Source: Saprolegnia diclina VS20 (Eukaryota). From it: a stretch of 34,096 nucleotides of DNA. The position numbers and the translations under genes were made by a program. The DNA lies in contig NW_008246163.1 in NCBI RefSeq assembly GCF_000281045.1, forward strand, positions 1 to 34,096, written 5' to 3'. Positions within the stretch are counted from its first letter, which is position 1; each line of letters opens with the position of its first letter. The notes under the pieces were generated by a model that saw only the letters and a program-made list of their open reading frames with translations, made no database searches and was not told where the DNA came from. Below, piece after piece: positions 19,301 through 29,859 of this stretch.

Positions 19301-20330
19301 GCATTTCGCGCAACGCAAAAGTAAACTCGACCGAGTCGAGCTTCTTGGCCTTCTTCTTCGACGCTTTCTTGATCACGTCCGTGACCAGCACCTTCTCTTC
19401 GAGATCCTCGTCGTTGTCCTGGACGATCGCAGCCTTCTCCTTCTTGCAGAGCTGCTTCTTGTGCGGGTTTCCGTGTCGCTTGCCGCCGCTGTGCTGGTTC
19501 TTTGGGCAACGACGCTGGATGTGGCCAACTTCGCCGCAGTTGAAGCATGTCTTGGTCGCGTACCACGGCGCTGGTTCCCGTTGCTCTTGCTGGTTGTCCC
19601 CTGCCGCGAGAGCACTGTCGTTGACCTGCATGTTGTCCTGCGATCCGCCGCTGCTGGACTTGACGAGGAGAATTCCTCGCTTCTGCAGGTAGTTGTACTC
19701 CTGGATCAGCATCGAGAACGCCATCGCGATCGTCCGTTCAGCGTCGGTGAGGTTCATGATGTCACGCGAGACACTGCGCATCTCCACCGGCATCGTCGAG
19801 AGGAGCCAAATGACGCGCTGGTTCTGCACTTTCGTGGACACCTTGATGCCAGCGTTGAACATGTGCGTGAAGATTGCGTTGACCCGACAACGAAACGCGA
19901 CGAGCGTCTCTGCAGCAGGACGCCACTTCATGCTGTAAAGCTGAGTGTTGAGCTCGACGATGTCGACTTGTTGTCGCGGCTGGTGGTGTTGGCAGAGGAT
20001 GTTCCAGAGCACGTGCGCCGATCTGGTCATACTCCAGTCGAAAAGTACCGACTGCGAGATGTCGAGGTACTCGAGCAAATAGCCCATGGCTTGACCATCT
20101 TCTTCAGCGTCGTATTCCTTCGTGACGCTGATCATGATCTTGAGGAGGCCTCCCGACGCATCGACTGCTCCGTTCTTGTAGAAACCACCCTTCGTCTGTT
20201 CGTCCGCATCCGTCACCACCACCTCGGTCCACTGCAGTTGGTTGAGGTACCCCCCCAGCTTCTTCTGGTTGAGCTTGCCGACCATGAACATGGTCCACTC
20301 GGCGTAGTTCCCCTCGCGCAACTTGACCAT
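16341..20330 (-). CDS. Ty1/copia Gag-Pol polyprotein, truncated within RNase H
   Basis: Gag start MVKLREGNYAEW; zinc knuckle CFNCGEVGHIQRRC; protease IDSGATSSM; HQRMGH..CDGC; integrase WHTDVKG/LRSDLGGEY/QNGKAERYNRT; RT RYKARLVAKGF, IYGLKQS, YVDD; RNase H YCDASW, AAEYVA, SDNQGAI. The PR-IN-RT-RH order is copia-type. The expected KHID...ADxLTK end is missing. Confidence 0.95.
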   Translation of the reverse strand: MVKLREGNYAEWTMFMVGKLNQKKLGGYLNQLQWTEVVVTDADEQTKGGFYKNGAVDASGGLLKIMISVTKEYDAEEDGQAMGYLLEYLDISQSVLFDWSMTRSAHVLWNILCQHHQPRQQVDIVELNTQLYSMKWRPAAETLVAFRCRVNAIFTHMFNAGIKVSTKVQNQRVIWLLSTMPVEMRSVSRDIMNLTDAERTIAMAFSMLIQEYNYLQKRGILLVKSSSGGSQDNMQVNDSALAAGDNQQEQREPAPWYATKTCFNCGEVGHIQRRCPKNQHSGGKRHGNPHKKQLCKKEKAAIVQDNDEDLEEKVLVTDVIKKASKKKAKKLDSVEFTFALREMRDVAEKSKKKFKEQQQRVLDVFSIDGVCTVKLDVACSAMTAQKLIKAIDSGATSSMTGDASLLFDMVPCNRTVEVASGHTLKAVGIGKMKIGSQVTLTDVLFVPGLMMTLISIAKICVNRSEVGINFHDRMCSLTFKGETLVSAEYDEVSGLYVFKDVPDEKANATVESTTKLQHQRMGHIPVETMIKCSKEHEGLPEQLDSKMSKLCDGCIEAKMHRQPHPKKSSRSWELGELWHTDVKGAFATEAIGGYKYFVTFIENNTGFTILKLLKTKDQVLKAFQKVKSFIETKTGNKMKLLRSDLGGEYINDEFDEFLAKAGIKRETASSDCPWQNGKAERYNRTIMEMALAMMFHAGMSRRWWGQAVKTAVYILNRIVNSASGLKTPIELMFGDSHKPDYKNWRVWGCMAVRLKVKPGKRNKLQPKGSKVVFVGYASDQEGYELYDIAANKIVITPEVRFFEDRFMNDGHPETEVDLGDSDDEDGDDDDRDGRGGDFEGHFERLLNVKDEIAKNVLDNIPNTHAEAMASPDRDKWLEAEHTELKMLLKNKTWRKIRAAGGTKAIGCRWVYAKKYDGDGNVIRYKARLVAKGFTQRHGVDYNETFAPVVKWTTLRLIMALCFHWGYSIHQGDAVNAYLQSKLDGDVDLIMDMPPGYEDEDPLVKLLLLMAIYGLKQSAYHWNGMCDTVLQKIGFRRSEYDPCLYVRKRNGWLQFVCVYVDDFIICAKTDAEINDIFVSLEKEIELKRQGPVAHILGVKVVRNETELTLKQTSFIIKILERFKMQDCAGVDTPEVQGQDWDVESSPANEATYRAMVGSLVYLMTCTRPDIAHTVMRLSRYLNSPKQIHLQAVKRVFRYLKATKDVGITYSQKASSDLHGYCDASWAPPPDRLSISGQVWITCGGPIAWKSTRQATVATSTCAAEYVAMAAAAREAKWLIGLLGDLGVSDLPVLLYSDNQGAIKIAENAMTTASLCDLRSHSDGAGLLDSA
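16367..16399. repeat. Perfect 13-bp inverted repeat (hairpin) at the copia truncation point
   Basis: CATCGCTATGTGA-tcgcagg-TCACATAGCGATG. Confidence 0.9.
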
Positions 20331-20369
20331 GCTTCCTTGACCTTCCTTGAGCGTCTTCGTCGTGTAGTT

Positions 20370-20381
20370 GGGCTCAGAACC
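20370..20381 (-). other. Primer-binding site (copia-type, tRNA-iMet-fragment-like)
   Basis: GGTTCTGAGCCC directly follows the LTR end and resembles the GGTTATGGGCCC PBS of copia-type elements. Confidence 0.6.
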
Positions 20382-20506
20382 TCTTGCGAGGAAGCTTGCA
20401 AATCGGAAAGTGGTTGCATTCTTCCGGCCCCGAAAGGTCGGTCCGTTACTACTACTAAAGATCTTGTTTCGACTAACTAAACGACTAAAGCTAGTCACAT
20501 GCAACA
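20382..20506 (-). repeat. Putative 5' LTR (125 bp)
   Basis: Minus strand starts TGTTG and ends CAAGA (one mismatch from CAACA), abuts the PBS, and contains INR+FPR-like CCACTTTCCGATTTGC (20398-20413). No partner LTR is available to confirm the boundaries. Confidence 0.6.
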
Positions 20507-22589
20507 TAGATGACGTGGCGGTCCACAATGTCGTCTTCCGCTGAGCGACATCGCAACAGTCCTATGTCTGGCTCTACGAAGAGTCCAGTTCCGTGATTTG
20601 GGTCGCACGCGCCGTGATTGATGTCGTCTTTCGAAAGATGACCGTGGTCACAGCAGCCTGTCGTGGTCGCAGCAGCCAACCGTGAAGCTTGCCCTAATAT
20701 ATGGCGAATCTGGTACGACTGTTTGTGCATCTATAGCGGCCATGTCGAACTGCCAAGGTCCTCGACAAGGCCGACGCGCCTTTTCTCCGAATGGTATCCC
20801 GACAGCGAAATGAACCCATGCTCGATGTCCCGTCGCCAACAGGTCGATGTGTATGCGGCTCTGCCATACTGCTTTCGGCTTGGCTATATTTCAAAGCTGC
20901 CATGCTGGCTGTGTCACAGTCCATCTCTCGGATTGTAGGTTCCCGACACCACATCGTTGTCACCTCTTTTGCCACGACAAAAATGGCCTATGCCGGTCCT
21001 TTGCGTCGAAGACGACGTATATTTTCAAGCCAGCAATGGTTGGGGTATGTTTAACCTGGCTCATAAACGCGCAAATGCTAGACGTCTGATACATGCGTTT
21101 GGGTAGAAATGGACCTAGCGGTTCAAACGACACGTAGTTTCGCGCAATCCACAGCAAAACGAATCGACTATAGTGTAAGGAGTTCCCATGGCATGATGTG
21201 TATAGTTGTTGCTAACGTTATCTCGCTTATCACGTTTCTATCTCATAGGCTAAATTGCGGGAAACTTTTGGGGTTGCTGTGACGCCATGCGCCTGTCACT
21301 GGATACTGTTTGAGAAGTGTTCCGCGATCGACCTCGAGTCCGCTCCTGCATCGTCAAGGACAAGAGAAGCTGATTGTGTTTCGCACGAGACTTCCGATTG
21401 GATTGATCGGCGACGGTATCCACGAGCACCCACTGTTTGCAGGCTCACAAGGGCTAGGGTTAGATCGTGCGGGTCGCCCAAGAAGCTTGATTTACGAGCA
21501 GCTTGGATCCCGTCAACATTTCTCGCTTCTTTTTTGCTCCCAGACGAAGCGGGTACTGCTTTACCAGCCACAGCACGCCCAGGTCAGTTCACAGCAAGCT
21601 CAGCACGCACATCGAGGTACGCTCCTTCATCACGTAGATAGCATCGTCTGGATTGGTCCCAAGCATCAATAGACGCTCGCTCTGGTCACGTTTTGTGAAA
21701 ACGAAGCGCACAAACGGCGTCCATTGATGACGGGTACGACACAAAAGATGATGGGACGATGCTTTGCATTCCGATATGATATCATCTTGAAGATGTCAAA
21801 GCAGCATGGAATATGCGACATGAATCCTTGTTCGGGATGTTTTACAGTGCACAACGTCCCGAGCGTAACATTTACAGGCGTAGCTTGGTCGACTTGCATC
21901 ACGCAACAATCGCCCAACTCTTATCAAAGCTGAACAGGGCGAGCATCGTGTTTGCCTTTGTTTGATTCGCACCTGCTGGAGAGTTCATCGCTGGCCATTA
22001 TGACGGTCTGCGTCATCTTCATTGTGCTCGTCCCGATGGCGCTGCGTGTACTAGTACTCAATAAACCCATTTGCCGAATCCGATACGAGGTGCGAGAGCA
22101 CCGCTCGTGTGTGCTGTACTAGTAGTTGTTTGTGACTCTTTTGATCCTTCGATTTTAGGGGTAGGGGAAGGACATGGTTCGGGCGCACGTGCTAGGCACT
22201 AGCGCTGCGTTAGTCGGTTCACGATGAGAAGAATGGTCGACGACAACTTTACTTTGTATTTAGTTTTTTGTGTTGATGGATTTCGCATGCCAAGATACTA
22301 CATACAGTAATCGCGCAGGTTTGGTTGCGCCGTCACTCGTGACGTTTCGATTGTTGACGGCCAGTGTGTAACTGCCGTCTTGGTCTTGGCGACAATGTCC
22401 TCGCAGCTGGAACGACTGGACCAAAGACATGAAGGAAGACAACCCATCGCCTTTGTCGCTCAAATGTCGGGGACCTTCGTCCAGCAGACACCGCCTTCTG
22501 GCTCAACAGGGCTCTCGGCGCGCACTTGGTTTGCGCTGTGATGCCCAATGCTGTGGCAAAGCTCGGAGGTATCCTCCTCTGTCGCCGCG

Positions 22590-22790
22590 GTTCGTTTATT
22601 TGCTCGCTGTAGCCTTTGTCAACGACCACGCATTGCGCGTCGCGATTTGCTCCGTGTTCTATGTAGAATGCTCTTGCAAACTTCGAGGTGTTTTGCGACA
22701 TGTTTGAAATCGCAAGGGCCCTTTTCAATGAGGCTGTGTCAGACTCTCAAATCAAGCAGCGGTGTAGTTGGCAAGCGAATTGGCTGCATT
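22590..22790 (-). mobile_element. Possible highly decayed Mutator-like (MULE) transposase remnant
   Basis: HRCLI*ESDTASLKRAL...CVVVDKGYSE weakly resembles the MULE segment QHAL..E....L..A.......C(V/I)xxDKDxxE; stops are present. Confidence 0.25.
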
Positions 22791-23248
22791 CTCACTCATT
22801 CAACGCGCGCTTCGACGCTATGCGCCAACTAGCATGTTGGAGACGCTGCGAAAGTATCCTCTCTTCACCGTGTCAGTAGTACACAAATACCCATCTATCT
22901 CAAGTATCCTTACAACGCGTACGCGGATAGTATCATAACAATGGATAGGACGAAGGATTGCAAGTCAAGATGGTTCACCCGGACCATGGTGCAACGTGCC
23001 TGAAGATAGCCTAGCACCTGGACACGCCGATACGATGCACCGAGCGACCAGTTGTTTGTGGTGACCTGCAGCGTGAGTCACGAAGGCTGGAAAAGTGGCG
23101 CCAAGATTCTTGTTGTCAACCTCCGTGAACGCTGTAAGGAGAGAATGAGCGTGATACAAGTCGGGTATGAATCTAGAGCATGCTCTGGTACTTCCGTGGT
23201 GAAGCTTGTACCATGTAGAAGTACATCGAGCACGATGCACTGTACTGC

Positions 23249-23446
23249 NNNNNNNNNNNNNNNNNNNNNNNNNNNNNNNNNNNNNNNNNNNNNNNNNNNN
23301 NNNNNNNNNNNNNNNNNNNNNNNNNNNNNNNNNNNNNNNNNNNNNNNNNNNNNNNNNNNNNNNNNNNNNNNNNNNNNNNNNNNNNNNNNNNNNNNNNNNN
23401 NNNNNNNNNNNNNNNNNNNNNNNNNNNNNNNNNNNNNNNNNNNNNN
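23249..23446. other. Assembly gap
   Basis: Run of N. Confidence 1.
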
Positions 23447-25246
23447 CGAAGTATGATCATGGGCCGCGTCGCCAGCGTGATCATTCTTGTCTCCGCTCCC
23501 ACGGTTTCTGGTCGGAAGCACCTCGGCATTGCTGAAGCCATCTTTTGACGTTGCACATGTAGTGATCACGCGTGACTGGTTGTATGTCGCTCATTAGACA
23601 GGAGCAAAAACACGCAAGCGAAAAGGGGCATCTAGTTTTGACTCGACCGACGGTCCAAACGTTTTTGCTACCATCGTCGCAGTCTTCTGCAGCCCCGAAG
23701 GCGATAAAGCAACAGATTATTTTCCGGTGAGGATTTCTGTGGTACGGTCAAGCGCACCCGCGTCGCGATGGCGCCACGACCAATGAAATACAGCAGACTA
23801 GGTACTTAGTTATGCTCTAGGGATCAAACCTCGCGGCCAGATCGGTGCGGTGCCAACGAGGGTGCTTCAGCCGCGGAAGAATCCAGAATGTGCGAGCAAT
23901 GATTACGTGTTTGCGCTCGAAAAGCACCTGCTCACTGTCGCCTGCAGCGATGTACGAATCATCGCGTTGTTATATCAACAGTGAACCTGGACATGTATTC
24001 ATTTTGGTATAGGGCTAGGTGTACCGCTGAAAATTTGGACGTGCCTACGGATAATGGCGTACGCGTTTATTTGTACTCAAGCCAACGTCGTTCAACGTCC
24101 AGTAAATGTCCACTCCATCCACGGGGCGTGAAGTAGTGCTATCCGTGGACCGTTCCAGCATTACGTTGCAATGCCCCGTTGGGCACAAAAATGCGTTTTA
24201 GCCATTTGACCCAGCGGGATATTGTCAGCGCTTTCGAGGTAATTAGCGCACCCGCTATAACGTGCGACTTGCCCACAGTACAGTAGTTCATGTACATAGA
24301 TGCCCACCACCTCCTGCGTCCATGTCCACCTCAGCCCACATGTCGCTGCAACGTGCTATTCCATTGCGCAAGATGGAGGAGCGCAATGGTTTGCCAAGGT
24401 CTCTGCAAAGTGGTCGTGTATCGAGGACGCTGGGAATTAGTCTTTAGAAGAACACGGCTCGTTGGGATTCCCTCGCGTACTACGTGGCTCGGGCGTCCGC
24501 AGTGCGGTGTACGCCAACAATTCTGGTACCCTTTTTGCCCAGGATGTAACTCAACCAATCGCGCTCGCCACTCTTCTTCGACAATCCCACGGCGATACAT
24601 CGCGATGGTCTTCCTCCTCAATCGCAATCGACCGTATGTGCTGACCACAAAAGAGACTGGTACCGGTACGAGGCCACCGCGGCTGGCAACCACCAAATGC
24701 GATACTCTTTAGTCTCAACTGCGACTCCGTGAGCACGACACATCCTACTTATGCTAGCCAAAATAGGTTTGTCAATTCATTTCAATGCGCTGGACGTACA
24801 ACGATACAAAGGACATCGGCCACGCGACACCAAACGGAAACGACAAGGTGGACGACCGCGGCGGCACAGATGCACCCACGCAACCTCAGTATCCCGCTTC
24901 TTATTGCATTGGCGATGCCTCGCACGCGCACGGTCGCAGACCACACGTATCCCACTGCCGACAAGTCAGCGTGAGTTCGCCGATGCCAACCCTAGCCCTA
25001 CCCTACCCGCTTTCGCGATGCCAAAATGCAGCGGTGCAGTCCCATGGCCAGTTGGTCTTGCTGATGGCACGTCGTTGTTCTGGCCAACGCTATCCTACTG
25101 GTATAGAGGGATACATGCTGGGAGTATGAGAAAAAATGGGACGGGCGATTATGCATACGCTGTGTGTTTTTATGGAAACGCAGGCGATGTCGAATGCAAC
25201 ACGATCGCGTAAGTATATATTGGTCTCGCTCAAGTGCGCTACACCC

Positions 25247-25284
25247 CTCCTTATAAATGTGGCATCTCCTTATAAATGTGGCAT
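25247..25284. repeat. Perfect 19-bp tandem duplication just 3' of the second HA gene
   Basis: CTCCTTATAAATGTGGCAT x2. Confidence 0.95.
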
Positions 25285-25290
25285 CAACCT

Positions 25291-26583
25291 CTACGAGTGA
25301 CGTGCTCTTGCGGCATTTGGTGTTTCTTGCTCGATGGTCGCCGGCATCGTCGTGCGGGGCACGGAAAAGCCTTCGCAAATATGGATCCGGTGGCGCGGCA
25401 GCGCCTGGCGCCACACAAACCCAATGTCGGTGAGCTGCCCGCGCTGCTCGGGCGTCAGCGTCGTCTCATGCAGAGACTCGACAAACTCGCCAAGCTGCAT
25501 ATTCCAGAGCGCGGACGGCCAGCGGTCGTCGTGGATCGGGATACGAAAGTCGCGCGTCAGGTTGCTATGGCCGTACGTGTCGAGGTAGATGCGCAGCGCC
25601 AAGAGCTGCATGTCCCAGCTCTGCGACGAGACGTTCCAGACAAAGCCCATGTCATCGAGGACGCGCCGGCGCTCCTCGGGCATGTCCTCGAGCTTCTGGC
25701 GCATGTTGTGCACCGCGTGGCCGAGCTTCATCTTCCACACCTCGCGCGGCCACGCCACGTCGTGGTTGGGCACGACAAACCCAAACGGTACGCGCAAGTG
25801 GCCGTACAGCGACCGGTACGTGTAGAGCGCTGTGAGCCGCGTCTCCCAACTCAGATCGAGGCAGTCCCAGATGAACCCGAGGCGGTTGAGCTGCGCCTTG
25901 CGCTCGGCCGAGATCGAGTCAAAGCCTTGGCGGATGTTGTGCACAGCGTGGCCAAGCGTGAGACCCCACGTCTCGGGCGGCCAGCTCGGGTCGTCGCGGG
26001 GCACCTTGAAGGCGTACGTGACAAGGAGGTTGCCGAACTTTTGCTGGTACGCGGCCATCGCCGTGAGCTTGAGCTCCCACGTCATGTCAAACGCGTTCCA
26101 GACAAAGCCGAGCTGCGAGAGCTGCGCGTGGCGGTCCGAATTCGGGTGGATGCGCTGGCGGATCGTGCGCACGACAAGACCGAGGCGCATGTCCCAGAGG
26201 TCGCGCGGCCAGTCGACGTCGTTGTTGGGCACACGAAAGTCCTGCGGCACGCAGAGGTCGCCGTGGAGCGCCTTGTACGTGCGCAGCGCGAGCACCTTGA
26301 GCTCCCACTTGAGTTGACCAAGGTCAAACACAAAGTTGACGGCGCGCAAGGCCGCGAGCGTCTCGGGATGCAGCGTATTGGTCTTGTAATGCGATCGCAC
26401 TTGGCACGTGTTGAGGCGAAGCCGGCGAAGGTGCGCCGGCCATGGCTCGGCGTCCGGCACCACGTACGTCTTGGGCAGGTTCGTGAAGCTCGACGTCGTC
26501 CGGTGCAGCGCATGGTAGATGGTCGCGACCTCGACAAAGGTCGAGAAGCGGCGCAGGCTCGACTCGGCCTTGCGCTTCGTCAT
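25291..26583 (-). CDS. Helicase-associated (HA) tandem-repeat protein, paralogue of 5284-6615 (430 aa)
   Basis: Same architecture and colinear similarity (RRFSTFVE, TLHPETLAAL..NFVFD, WELK..AL, LGHAVHNIRQ, GFVW, WDM.LLAL); intact ORF. Confidence 0.9.
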   Translation of the reverse strand: MTKRKAESSLRRFSTFVEVATIYHALHRTTSSFTNLPKTYVVPDAEPWPAHLRRLRLNTCQVRSHYKTNTLHPETLAALRAVNFVFDLGQLKWELKVLALRTYKALHGDLCVPQDFRVPNNDVDWPRDLWDMRLGLVVRTIRQRIHPNSDRHAQLSQLGFVWNAFDMTWELKLTAMAAYQQKFGNLLVTYAFKVPRDDPSWPPETWGLTLGHAVHNIRQGFDSISAERKAQLNRLGFIWDCLDLSWETRLTALYTYRSLYGHLRVPFGFVVPNHDVAWPREVWKMKLGHAVHNMRQKLEDMPEERRRVLDDMGFVWNVSSQSWDMQLLALRIYLDTYGHSNLTRDFRIPIHDDRWPSALWNMQLGEFVESLHETTLTPEQRGQLTDIGFVWRQALPRHRIHICEGFSVPRTTMPATIEQETPNAARARHS

Positions 26584-28849
26584 CGCTCGCCAAACCCAAG
26601 TTCAATGACAATAATGTATTGCCACCTTGGGCCCGAAGCAAGCTCCGTTTTATTTTACTAGTGCAATTGTATCGTGCTGCGTGAGAAATGGCTTTTTAAA
26701 TTTCCGAGCATCCTGTCCACCTAGATGCGGCATCGCACTTGAACGAGCGCGTCGTTAACGCCAACGACGCAGTCTTCGTGGCAGATGCCGCGACCAAATG
26801 CAATACTTGCGGCATGCCCGATTGGAAAGTGGCACGTTTTATGGAAAACGTGGCACACAGTGCCGCATCCGGAAGGCGATGCGCCGATTCAAACAGGTGC
26901 GATGGCCAGTTCCACGCCCCATCTGTCGGTGAAGTGATCCGACGGGGATCGCATGCGTTGCAAATTGCACGACGCGGGATGAATTTGGTATATACGCTGC
27001 ACAGACTATAGTCTATAGAGACACTTGATCGAGGCCGAGGGCGGCGGAGACGACGTGGGCACCCGGTCGTCGTCGTGTTGTCCACGGCCGCCGCTTGAAA
27101 TAGACCCGAAATCGTACTTTACTGGACACGCACTTGACCACCAGACATCTCGGGTGAAGGGGCGGCGACCACTTGACCCGACGTCCAACGGCTGCCGGTC
27201 AGCTGTCCGGTTGCACCTTTCTCCGCTTCGAATCACTGGCCTTTCGGCGGCTGACGTTGCATGCCGGGCCAATCGTTGGCTGCGCGTCGCGTGATAGTTA
27301 CCAAGTCGAAGAGAGTTGCATGACAAACAAGGTTGCAATATCGCGCGCGAGTCTCGTCGGCACCGGACTCAAGCACCTAGAAGGCTACGCGCTTGTTTAT
27401 GAAAAAAGCCATCCTTGGAGCAGCGGTAGACGTGCCGCGAAACGCCTTCCAACAGCACCATGGCGGATCACCGAGACAAAAGGTATCTTCGATCTTGCGC
27501 TCTAAGAACGGATATTGAGACTCTAAAGCAATGCCTCTCACGGCTGCACCATCACGAAGGCAGTCGACGCAGCTGCAACGATAGGCATCATAGGACCACC
27601 AGTGTGTGTCGACTGCCGAGCTCCGACTTGGAACATTGGCCCTCGTTTCTCGCGCTGTTGACGCGAGGCGGTTCACCGATTACGCGACTTTTTCGAAATC
27701 TGGACGACCACGGAATAATCTACAACACGCATTGAGCGCGAGCTGGTGCTTGAGAGGCACTGCGCAGGTACACCGCCGTACTGGTACGCCCGAGGCTACA
27801 CGATCGACTGCGATGTACGTGGATACCGCGGCATGTACATGTATTGAGTCCTACAATGCGTTGGCCTTGTCAAGTGGGCGGTTTTTGGGTGTTGTCAGGC
27901 CCATTCGCGCTGCTGCGTGGTGACGCAACGAGCGGCAGATCAGGCGTCGCAGGAGGATTGGGTGATAATGCCGGTACCAAAAGACTCGAGTGCGCAAAGC
28001 CGACCACGGTTTAAAGCCAGCATTTGATTATCCTCACGTGAGAGACTTTACGAGGCACGGACGTACTAACGTACGGTTAATACCGCACGACGCCGATGTG
28101 CACAGGATTGGCCATGCGGTCGGCAGTCGGTCGTCGTGGGATCGCGTGGCTGGAAAAGCGCAGGAGTCGTCCGAGCGAGATATCTGCGCGTCGGTCGATG
28201 TATCCGTCCGACACAAGGGTACATAGCTGCAACATCAGCTCGTCGGTTCGTCGGTAGTGCTGCATGGCGTCCCGCAATAGCTGTAGCCCTCACCACCTCC
28301 CCAGATCTGGCCGACTCCTCCACGATACGTCAGCGGCATCCAATTTGGTTGGTCCAAATTCTGTCTGCGAGCCAATCATCAGTGATCATACTGCCATATG
28401 TGCCTCTTGGATTGGCTGACATTTGGGTTTCTGAAGTATTGCCACCAATAAGAAAGCCGCAATAAGGCGACGTTTGACCCTGCCGCGGATGACTGACACA
28501 AGACAGCATGGCCTTGCTTGGATAACGTTATGACGAGCTCGATTTGAGGCCTACAAAAAGACGAATTTAGCAGGCTCAACGTTATAGCGACGAGTCCACG
28601 CCTGGTGCGCTGACGAGCATGAGAGATTCACTGAATCGAGACGCCCGCAGCGTGGAACACCAGTCATATCAGCCCACACCAGACCACAGTTAAAATCTCA
28701 GCGCCACTCGCTTCCATACGCGCACTAAATGCTATCGTTCGAGCAATTTCCATCCAATGCGACGCATGCGATGGCGCCGACTTTCTTCGTCCTTAGGGGG
28801 GCAAATTTTAAGTTAGAGGGTTCTCCGAAAGGTTGAGCGAGCAATACTC

Positions 28850-28866
28850 TTAGAGCATCTCCAACG
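28850..28866 (+). mobile_element. Isolated PIF/Harbinger (Tourist-like) terminal motif
   Basis: TTA|GAGCATCTCCAACG matches a common Harbinger/Tourist terminus with a TTA target. Only a poor partner exists (GGGAGATGCATC, ~28949-28960). Confidence 0.35.
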
Positions 28867-29859
28867 CACCACCGCTATAGCTGTAGCTAACCGCGTTATA
28901 ACCGACCTTTCTCATAGTTTAGCTGTGTGCTAAACGATGAGCTCCAATGGGAGATGCATCTATAGTTATCGCTATCGCTACGCATTGGCTGACAGCGCGC
29001 ACCAGGCCGCTTAGAGCGGGAGTGAAAACGCAGCGCACGGAAGAGAACGCTCGGCGCATGAACGAGAGAAGCGGAGGCCGCTCGGAGGAGCGTGGCTGAA
29101 AGAGTGCGGGCTGGAAGAGCAGGCAGGAGAAGCGCGGGCGCCGGAAGGGGCAAGGAGTGCTGGCGCTGCCGATGTACGACGACCTCCACCTACACGTATA
29201 CATGTATGTGCAGCGCTAGGCCTGGCGTGTCGGCAAGCAGCGTCCAATTTACGCACGACCATGGCGGATTGAGGCTTATATGTTGAGTACTAGTATCGAC
29301 GATCGACGAAGGGCTCACATGGGCCAGCGCCCGTGCGTTGGACAAGGCGTCTGTGTCGGTAGAAGCAGCACTATCACAAGTCCTGCATAGCGGTAACGTT
29401 ACCATCGAGCGCCTGGCCACCGCGTAAAGGGGGATTCGAGGTAGTATTAGTGAAAGCCTTTCTGCTCGACAACAAGCAAGCCGTGCCTGGAACTGGAACT
29501 CCCCACGACGCTGTACGCGCTCTTGTTTGAACCGCTGGTGGCGGCCCAACGCTGTACCGCCGACGCGCAGCCTAACCGAGATACCAACAAATTCGTTTTA
29601 CTGAAATCGTTTTGCCAGGTTAACAATGCAAAACCAACCCGAGAAATTACACCAGCAAGCTAGCGCAACTCCCGTGTGTACTAGAGTCTTTAGGAGACCT
29701 CGGGCTGGATGAATTCATTTGCACTGCTGACCTTGAGAACATATCGTGATGACTGAATCTACATGACCGACAAACCGGATCGACCAGTCAAGTACATCAT
29801 CTTTCACTATATGAACCACGTTTTACCATAACGGATGGTTTGACCGTGGTCGAACAGCT

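Larger units (their letters stand above)
16400..20506 (-). mobile_element. Ty1/copia LTR retrotransposon; 5' LTR and PBS present, 3' end lost
   Basis: Candidate 5' LTR at 20382-20506, PBS at 20370-20381 and an open gag-pol frame. No second LTR copy or polypurine tract was found downstream. Confidence 0.9.

Noticed and set aside
20331..20528. N-terminal 66 aa of the 1395-aa ORF
   Set aside because: It reads through the LTR and PBS; Gag homology starts at 20330.
24262..25212. Short ORFs with Trp/Cys-rich stretches
   Set aside because: No recognisable family, promoter or coding-like codon bias.
29020..29165. Purine-rich stretch that could encode a charged coiled coil
   Set aside because: No consistent open frame or homology.
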